From contig JAQGDQ010000473.1 of assembly GCA_030141605.1 (NCBI GenBank), positions 111,027-175,026 of the forward strand: 64,000 nt of DNA, in the 5' to 3' direction. Numbering within the stretch: position 1 is the stretch's first letter; every line of letters starts with the position of its first letter. The position numbers were made by a program, and so were the translations under genes. Below, piece by piece: positions 55,107 through 64,000 of the stretch. The notes beneath the pieces were generated by a model. It was not told the origin of the DNA and made no database searches. It worked only from the letters and a program-made list of their open reading frames with translations. This stretch comes from Tubiluchus corallicola (Eukaryota; Animalia; Priapulida).

Positions 55107-58100
55107 TATTGACTGATTAAGAGATAGTCGAACATGATACTTTAGTTCAGTCCATAGACCACTACAAAAAAGGACTTTTGATCATATAACATGATCATTT
55201 CTGTCAAAAAAAATAACTGAAGAATTATTTACAAATTTTCACTACACACTTATTATCGTCTAACATGATCATTACTGTCCAAAAACAGCTAAACAGTTAT
55301 TTACGAATTCATAATATGACATTGGGTTTCCATTGAAAAATTCATGCAGATCGTTGAAGTTCAGTCCAGTGTTATCTTCACGAAGGTGATTCGTAAGTGG
55401 ACAAAAACAGATAACATGCTCTTCTGTTTGAATGTTTAAGCCAGGACAGGAGCATAGCCTGTCCTCTCTTTTTATCCTTGCCCATCTTCCAGTCTCAATA
55501 GCTAGGTTATGTGAGGAGAGGCGTAACCGAGATGTTTTAATCCTATAGAGCTCATTTACTTTAACGCTATACATTGCACTGACAGATAGTTCGGGATTCA
55601 GATAGAGATAGGTGCAATACATGAAGAGTCATAATTTTTAGTTTATGCAGCGCAACAATCGTCTTGCCGATGTAATGTCACACATAATGACGTTAAGCAT
55701 AGGGTTGTGTTGCAAAATACAGGGTTGTAAGCTTCGATGTAACCGCTTCCTATTTTTATCGTGACACTGCTGTTTTGCTGATACTTTTGCAAAGGCGGTA
55801 ACTGTGCGGTTAGGCGAAGTTATTGAAGACTTGTTGAATTCTGAACAGGTCAAGAACTAGATAACAAAACTTTGCACTTTCGGATAGTGAGATGTGGGAT
55901 CAGGTACACCTAATACTGTACTTATACCTAATAAAATGTCACAATGGCATAGCTTTAACCATTAAGACTCAAATTCAGAGAACTTGAGCATAAAAAATAG
56001 CCTGATGATTTACTTAGTAGTGATGAAATGCAAATGCAAATAAATATTTGGAATATTACAAACTATCATTTAAAGGCTTGAGTCAGAGTCAGAGTTTAGT
56101 CTTCTAAAATTTTAAGAGTCAGATTTGGGCTCCTAGATTTTAGGAGTCGGAGTTGGACCTTCTAAAATTTTAGTAGTCAGAGTTGGAGTTGGACCTTCTG
56201 ACATTCTACGAGTCGGAGCCGGAGTCGTGAGTTTAATGTACGGATTCCAGAAACCCTGGTTACAAGTGTGATTATACTTAAATATGCTTGATGGTGTATA
56301 ATGTTTAAAACCACTAAACTTGATAGAAACCTTCTGCTTACTACTGATTTGATGATGTACTCGTTGTGCCTTTAGATATTTTAATACGGGCTAAACGAGT
56401 CACATATTAGATTCTGCATACAAACAACTTTTTTTACAATCACGAGACTCACTGCAGTCATGTCTGCAGCAGACAAACCAACAGACCACGTTTCGTCTTT
56501 ATTTGTTATTATTTGTCTTCATCCACTAATGTTGGATATGGCTGGCTACTATTTTTGGTCCAATTTTCAAAATTAGTAAATAATGTGAAAGATAATAAAA
56601 AAAGTTAAAATTTTCTGATTAAGAAATAGTTCTCGTGTTTTCCGACTGAGTAATAACATGTTCACAGTTTACAAATGTTTTAGGCTTTAGAACATGAACA
56701 AACTACAGAAGAATTAACGTATACACGTTGCGACAGTGCAACATACAAAAAGTCCGTACAAAGTCTGGATTTAGTAAATTAAAAGTAATGTCCGAACTCG
56801 GCGGTTATACCGGGAATTGGTCATTATCATCTGGAGGGTGTCTGGACCCTGTCCAGATCTGACAAAAGTGGATTGAGTGCATTAAAAACAACATTAACTG
56901 ATTTTTGCATTTTAGTTGTTTATTAGGATATTTCTTACTGGTTTCTTGTTTCGTAAAGCTCAGAAGAAGCATTTAAGTGGTCTAATGGTAACTACCAATT
57001 GTTTGTAAACTTTGAAAAGAACATTATTTGTTATAATTTGTTTTTAGATCTAAAGATTGTCTGCGGTCTATAGTGAAACGGCTTAATCATCGTGTTCCTC
57101 ATGTTGTTATGCAAACTTTAACGGTATGAATGCAGCTTTAGAAAACAGCGTTACTGTATTTCAAAGTTTTATTGTAATTGGTCACTTTTCAAGATGGTCT
57201 GAAACAGTGCAGTTTTGTTATATTTCTACCTCTATCTTTATATTTATTGAGACGTAGTGATAGTGACATTAGGCTTTTAAGTAAGCCCAGTTTTTTGTCC
57301 AAGGTTGTTCAAGATCTGTGAAATTAACCTTCAGTATGTTGGCCAAAGCCTTTAGATGTTGTAAATGATTTTGTCACATCTTTATTTTGCGTATTACTTT
57401 GTATGTGTAGATTAATTCACTTGGTCTGATGACTCGTTGTCTTGATTGAGAGATTCGTTTGAGTTACATTGATTAGGTTTTATAATACTTGTGTTTCAGT
57501 TATTAGATGCTTGTGTAAGCAACTGTGGGCGCAGTTTTCACCTGGAAGTGAACTCACGTGAATTCGTCTCTGAGATTAGAAATCTATTGTCTAAGGTAAG
57601 CTTTGGATAATAGTATTTACGCAATTATAAAGTGCGGCTAAAAGTTTGGTTGCGGAAAACGAATGAAGGAAACATCGGAAATTTAAAGACAGAGTCGAAG
57701 AAAAGACGAGGGCCTGGAATTCAAATGTGGACTAAATTTTGAAAGTTCTAAGAACTTTTTATTAAGTTGTCTAAACTGTTTATCAAATCTGTTTCGTAAA
57801 AATCGTAAATTATTGTTGGATATTAATCATTATGGTGTGAGTATTTTTCGGATATTATGTTTTGCCTATACGTGTATGCATCTATGGTCTGTTTGTATCT
57901 ATGGTCTTGCAGTCGCACCCGAAAGTTGCTGAAAAACTGTTGGAACTAATAAAGAAATGGTCAGAAGGGGAGTTCAAATCTGATCCACAATTAAGGTATC
58001 ACAGACAGTTTTTCTATTTTTGTAAGTTTTGAAAGTTGCCTTTTAATTACGTTGTATCTAGTGGCGTAGTTGGGGGGGGGGAGAGGGAGTGGTCTGCACT

Positions 58101-61100
58101 GGGCACTTTTCAGAGGGTGGCATTTTGATCAAGTAAACTAAAAAGTCGATTCCATCAGACGGGTAGAACGGTGGAAAAACACTTGACTATTTAATTTTCC
58201 GCGTAAGTGCTGCTGATGACGTCTCTAACCCATTTGCAATAAAGGACGTAACTCAGTGGTAACGTGCTCGCCTCCCACCGTGAGGTCACAGGTTCAACTC
58301 CCGACTGAGTCATACGAAAGACTTAAAAAGTGGTACCACTAGTTTTGGGTAATAATAATCGGGAAAAAAGTATTGGGTTAGTTAAGTTGTTATCCCTGGA
58401 CTATCTGCTAAATGAAATTATTATAAGGAAGATGATAATTAGTAATTCAATAACTTTGTAATATTTGTAACACAATTTGTTTTTGCTTTCAAGTTTTCTG
58501 CATGGTGAGCTAACTGTGAAATGCATTTATAATCGCACTTATAACTGCAAGGTTATCATACATTATTTACATAAATTTTCACGCTGCTTTTAACAATGTA
58601 TTTGTCGCTGGGGTTCGGTTTCTGTAACACTGAAATTGGTTTTAGTTTAAGAGTTTTGAATGTCTTCATCAGAGTGCGAATTCAACCACTTCACTGCATG
58701 TATAACGAGAATCTCTCATTAACGTTCCAAAACTGGGCTGTATGACAAGGTTGTACGGTCAAGGTTACAATGCAAATTAACTGACGTCCACGTCAATAGC
58801 AAGAATACTTACACGTGTGCCGCACACACTTGAGGAATCAAGTCGTTGAAAGTGAACGGCGGCAGTGTCCCTGTTGTCTAAAAACATAATGTAGACGTAA
58901 ACATCTAAAAACGTAAAACGCGCATAAGTAGCCGCCTCTTAATATACTCACGGTTAATAAACTCAATTGCTTAATTGATTCAAAAACGCCTTGGTACGGA
59001 CCGCTTCTATTCAAATGTACATAAAAACTATCAGTAATTGACTCAAATAACTCCACATAATTGACTCAATATTTTTCCTTCGTGATATAAAATGACGTAA
59101 TTTATTATTTTATCTATTTAGTTTGATACCAAGCTTGTATGCCAACTTGAAAGGCGAAGGTTTTGACTTTGGTAGCACAGAACAGGTATGCTGTATCTAC
59201 TGAGCCTAAGTCAGTTGTAAAAAAAGACAAAGTCAACAAATTTTTGACATTTAAAATAAAAAAAATGATATATCATAATTGTATTATCTCATGTAGATCA
59301 GTGTCTCACGTATTAGTAAAACTTCATGGGGGTCTTCTGTCTTTTGTAGCCGAAGAAAAGTCAACCACCAGCTAAAGAAAATCCTGATTATGCAACTAGC
59401 CAGCAAGAGGCTGAAGATATAGCTAAGGGTTAGTAACAATAGCCACAAATTCAGTAAATTAGTTTTAGATATAGCTATAATTTAGGAATTTTAGTCATAT
59501 ATTTTTGCACCAGCCATAGGCTATAGGTTGAACTCTGAACTGTCTTACCTGTATAAACTCTGAACTGTCTTACCTGTGTAAACTCTGAACTGTGTTATCT
59601 GTGCTGTAGCCAAGTAGTGTAAGTCATCTGCTTTGTAAGCAGAAAGTTGCTGGTTCAAATCCAGCTACATCACAATTTCTTCACATTATCTGTCATTCAA
59701 GTTTGATATTAAAATTGAATTAATTGCTGCCGTGTTTCACCATTATAGAGGCAAGTTTTGTGCTTCAAAATGTCAGGTGTAAATGTTAGGTGATTAACGA
59801 CAATTCTTGGGCGATGACTTATAATGACCTTCCCTTCTTCCCTCACCCAGAGGAAGGGAGGATCCAGGATATAGGGTGTAGTAGAAAAACTAATGTTAGC
59901 TCAGTGTGACGAGTTGGAGTGATGTGTCACCTATTGACAAGGCAACACAGACGAAAAGTATTTTGGCATTCCATTCGGGATGGAGGTAAGCCAGATTCGA
60001 AATGTCAAGAGTAGGTATTAGGTAATGGTTAACAACTTTTGGGTGGCGAACTTTAATGACGCTCCCCTGGTTATTATCATTACTCTCAGCACCACCGCCA
60101 TCAGCAATGAATAATACTTTCAGCATGTTTGTATATTTTCAGCTATTCAATTATCGTTGAAAGAGTCTGACAAGTCTCCCACACACACAAGCATGTATCC
60201 GTCAGTTCGGGGTGCCCCTACGAGCGTAACGAGCTCTAGTACGCTTTATCCGACGTACGCTCGAGAGCTGCGCAAAGTCAAAGCTCTGTATGATTTTGAA
60301 GCAGCAGAGGATAATGAATTGACATTCAAAGCTGGGGAGTTAATAAGTGTGCTGGATGATAGGTATGTGGTTGTTTTTCTCATCTGTTTAGCAGGGCAGA
60401 GAGTTTCTTCTGACCTTGTTTTTATTTTTCAGAAAGTTTTGCAAGACATGGAGTGATGGTGTATTTTGCAAGACTTGTAGTGTCGGTCTGTGTTTTGCGA
60501 GACTCGAGGGACGGCGTGTGTTTTGAAAATAGTTCTCAGATTGTCCATTTAGATGCCTTTAGCACTTTTTGAATTGAATTGAATTGAGTTTCCTTCCTAG
60601 ATTTTTTTGCAAAAGTTTGTGAAAAAATCTGATCTGCTGACAAAGTGATATCAGCACTACACCAGTAGCAGATCAAATAATTACATGTTGCCTTGGAAAA
60701 CTATCACTCTCCTTTATGCTATTCTCCCCCCCCCCCAAGTGATTTTTCAGCTTTGCAAACTCATTAGTGGGTATCTGGGTATCTTGTATGAGAGTGGTAT
60801 ATGGAAAGTGACTGATTACAATTCTGCAGGTAAATTTTCATGACATTCTAGCCTGAGTTCCTAGAAGATATTTGCTTAGAAGTAAACAAGGATGAACTGG
60901 CATTAGTCATGTTTTTAAAAAACGAACGGACCGTCGTAAAACCTGCTTGTTTCTAAACTTCACGCTTTTGTGACTGCAAGACAATGAGGGGAAATCAGCT
61001 AGCAGGTCTGCTAGGTAGTCATCATGTCCTGTCAGCCTTTACCTAAAGCATGAACAAGAAATTACTGCAAGATCACTTACAGAAACTGTTTACGATCGCA

Positions 61101-63726
61101 TGCATATAAATGTAGGATATATTAATCAAATAGTTGTATCATTAGAAGGAAATATTTTATTATCTGACTCTGGTATATAAAATTTATAATTGTTAGTTAA
61201 ATTTTATATATTTTGCCACAATGTATAACTGTACACTGCCTTTTTCAGTGAAAATTTTTCGTTCCTTTACCATTATATCAGTATTTATTTTATTTACTAG
61301 TGATGCGAACTGGTGGAAAGGACAGAACTGGAGAGGGGAAGGTTTATTTCCTGCAAACTTTGTTACGGCTGATCTGAATGCAGAACCAGAGCCTGGTAAG
61401 TTTCATTTTCTGTCTTTCGTCCTTGGTCAAAATCATTCTTGTCTGTTTAGTTGTGATTACATGAAGCTACTAACTCTAGCTGTTTGTAGGTGTGGGAAGA
61501 TCAATACCGGTTGAAGCTACTGAAATTTGCTTTGTAGCGTAAAAGAAGTAACATTTTGAATTGGAATTAACAAATTCCTCATGAAGCCAGCAGAACAGTT
61601 TTCAAATCTCTTGGTCTCCTAATCTAGTAAATCCCTAACCCAAATCCTAACCTAGCCCTAACCCTAGCCCAATCCCTAATCCTAATCCCAACCTTAACCT
61701 TAACCCAAATCCTAACCTAGCCCTAACCCTAGCCCAATCCCTAATCCTAATCCCAACCTTAACCTTAACCCAAATCCTAACCTAGCCCTAACCCTAGCCC
61801 AATCCCTAATCCTAATCCCAACCTTAACCTTAACCCAAATCCTAACCTAACCCTAACCCTAGCCCAATCCCTAATCCTAATCCCAACCTTAACCTTAACC
61901 CAAATCCTAACCTAACCCTAGCCCAATCCCTAATCCTAATCCCAACCTTAACCTTAATCCAAATCCTAACCTAACCCTAGCCCAATCCCTAATCCTAATC
62001 CCAACCTTAACCTTAACCCAAATCCTAACCTAACCCTAGCCCAATCCCTAATCCTAATCCCTAACCCTAACCTTAACCCAAATCCTAACCTAGCCCTAAC
62101 CCTAGCCCAATCCCTAACCCTAATCCCAACCCTAACCTTAACCCAAATCCTAACATAGCACCAACCCTAGCCCAATCCCTAACCCTAATCCCAACCCTAA
62201 CCTTAACCCAAATCCTAACATAGCCCTAACCCTAGCCCAATCCCTAATCCTAATGCCAACCCTAAACTTAATCCAAATCTTAACCTAGCCCTAACCCAAT
62301 CCCTAATCCTAATCTCAACCCTAACCTTAACCCAAATCCTAACCTAGCCCTAACCCTAGCCCAATCCCTAATCCTAATCCCAACCCTAACCTTAACCTAG
62401 TCCTAAACCCTGATCCTAATCCTAACCACGAACAAATTTTTTGTGTGGAAAACTGGCCATCATCTTTTATTTGCAAATTTTGTAGTTCAAATTCTAGTGT
62501 GTGTCATTTGATAAGTTGATAATTATTCTGAAGATATGTGGACTGAAGACTCAGTTTCACCTGGTGGCTAAACTAGAATGAGCAAAAACCAAAAACTGTT
62601 CTTTTGTTGCTTTAAACTTAAAGGACTTCATCGTTTTTACATTGTGATCATTTATAGGCCCATGGAGAGGGGGTGCAGCCAGGACATTGCCCCGGTGCCC
62701 TCGAAATCCCAGGGCCCATGAATATTAAATCTTGTACATCGGCATGGCCTGTATTCGTGTCGAATCAGATTTGAATCAGATGCGTATGCAACAGTAAAGT
62801 TAGAAACCCTAAATTTTGCATAGTTGGACAATATTTTTATGGAATTCTCTCCTACATTTGGTATTACTTCATACGTTTAACAATGGAAACCTAGTACTGT
62901 AAAACGTATGAAACTTTAACTTGGTCTGTGCGTGTTACGTCTGACAATTTCCATTTTTCTAAACTTAATGCCAGTTTTATTCGTTGTCCAGTCAAAGCTC
63001 TTCTGTAGGTTTTTCTTCAAGTCTCAATTACTAGGGATGTATTATGGTTTACTGTCAACAAACATGTTTCAGTAATTAACAAATAAAGTTTGTTGAACAT
63101 AAATTATTGTACATTATAGTCCTCATGCGCTTGTACAGGTGAGGGAGGAGCCCAAAATTTGTCTTGCTCCGGCACATAAAATTCTCTCTGTGGCCTTGGT
63201 CATTCATTATAGTATTTGTTATGCTTTGTTACTATAGTTGATTGTTTGTCATTGTTGACAAAATAAGATTTGTCATCTCTGTTTTTGTTTCTGGAATGTT
63301 ACAGCTTGTGTGTTTCTTTTTGTTTTTTTCTTATGCGATTAAGTGGAATAATGCATCGTATTCTGCTTTTGTAATGGTAATTACATAAGTTTGTCTGTTT
63401 AAAGCCTAGCAAGTTTTTAATGACTGCATAATGAAAATATTATTATAAGATCACGAGTTGTGAAAATGAATACGGTAATTGAGCAGAGTATTTCTGCGCT
63501 AGAATTTGTAAAATAAGTTGAAGAAATAAAATATTTTATGATTTATTTATAGAGATAAAGTCGGAGAGGAAATCGGTTACATTTGACGAAGAAGTTTACG
63601 TCGCTCCGGTGTCGGCGGAACCAACGGAAATTGACGAAGAAAAAATCGATAAAGCTCTAGATGTTTTACAAAATGCTGATCCTACGGGCGTATCTGAGGA
63701 TGCACCAGACATGAGAGCATTAGAAG
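53990..63726 (+). CDS. STAM: Signal transducing adapter molecule (ESCRT-0; VHS-UIM-SH3-GAT), 5' part; coding exons 53990-54032, 54681-54765, 57048-57123, 57500-57595, 57913-57995, 59122-59185, 59350-59428, 60143-60362, 61301-61395, 63553-63726; continues beyond window end
   Basis: [37 protein letters not shown] (VHS); [17 protein letters not shown]; [15 protein letters not shown] (UIM); [22 protein letters not shown]...DANWWKG...[11 protein letters not shown] (SH3); [23 protein letters not shown] introns are in phase. Confidence 0.96.
55272..55622 (-). mobile_element. LINE ORF2 C-terminus with CCHC zinc knuckle
   Basis: [16 protein letters not shown]...RLCSC...[11 protein letters not shown]; a (TA)n tract lies downstream at 55075-55102. 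Confidence 0.8.
56078..56259. mobile_element. MITE remnant with GGAGTC(G/A)G subrepeats
   Basis: Repeated GAGTCAGAG/GGAGTCGGAG motifs ending in ...CCAGAAACCCTG. Confidence 0.45.
58243..58410 (+). mobile_element. tRNA-derived SINE
   Basis: A box TAACTCAGTGG and B box GGTTCAACTCC, then GTCATACGAAAGACTTAAAAAGTGGTAC; body shared with 20730-20950. Confidence 0.72.
59601..59674 (+). pseudogene. tRNA-Thr(TGT)-like sequence; pseudogene or SINE head
   Basis: Acceptor GTGCTGT/ACATCAC (one mismatch), anticodon arm TCTGC-TTTGTAA-GCAGA, T arm GCTGG-TTCAAAT-CCAGC; weak D stem. Confidence 0.5.
61632..62427. repeat. Degenerate (CCCTAA)n telomere-like array with a 59-65 bp higher-order unit, STAM intron 9
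   Basis: TAACCCAAATCCTAACCTAGCCCTAACCCTAGCCCAATCCCTAATCCTAATCCCAACCTTAACCT repeated about 12 times. Confidence 0.92.
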
Positions 63727-63755
63727 GTTAGCACTAAGTTTACTGTAATGAAGCT

Positions 63756-64000
63756 CAGTAATGATGCTTGTGGTGTAACGTTTACACCAGAGTAGAACAG
63801 TTCAGTAACGATGCTTGTGGTGTAACGTTTACACCACAGTAGAACAGTTCAGTAACGATGCTTGTGGTGTAACGTTTACACCACAGTAGAACAGTTCAGT
63901 AACGATGCTTGTGGTGTAACGTTTACACCACAGTAGAACAGTTCAGTAACGATGCTTGTGGTGTAACGTTTACACCACAGTAGAACAGTTCAGTAACGAT
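63756..64000. repeat. 47-bp minisatellite with an internal hairpin, starting about 30 bp after the STAM exon 10 donor (truncated by window end)
   Basis: Unit TGCTTGTGGTGTAACGTTTACACCACAGTAGAACAGTTCAGTAACGA; period 47. Confidence 0.93.

Noticed and set aside
59601-59674. Functional tRNA-Thr gene
   Set aside because: Mismatched acceptor and D stems and a SINE-like context; kept only as tRNA-like.

Overview
AT-rich, intron-rich animal (probably invertebrate) genomic DNA; it is not prokaryotic and has no CRISPR array. By hand splicing I reconstructed four conserved genes in two head-to-head pairs: PDCL3 (minus, 5' four exons, runs off the left edge), NSFL1C/p47 (plus, 9 coding exons, complete), DNAJC25 (minus, 13 coding exons, about 336 aa, one GC-AG intron) and STAM (plus, 10 exons, runs off the right edge). 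Nearly all long ORFs in the supplied track are artefacts of tandem repeats. Eleven unrelated tandem arrays (26-172 bp units, about 10 kb in total) all lie inside introns. The most striking signal is that two arrays are amplifications of the host exon's own 3' end plus its 5' splice site (about 48 copies in PDCL3, about 38 in DNAJC25), and a third amplifies the likely branch-point region of an NSFL1C acceptor. The 42-54 kb intergenic block holds a decayed Helitron with an OTU protease domain split by a TIR element, LINE remnants, and a tandemly duplicated, apparently spliced, Q-rich minus-strand unit of unknown status. Several MITE families (one nested, with visible TSDs) and tRNA-derived SINEs are also present. 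All calls come from reading the sequence by eye; no database searches were run.
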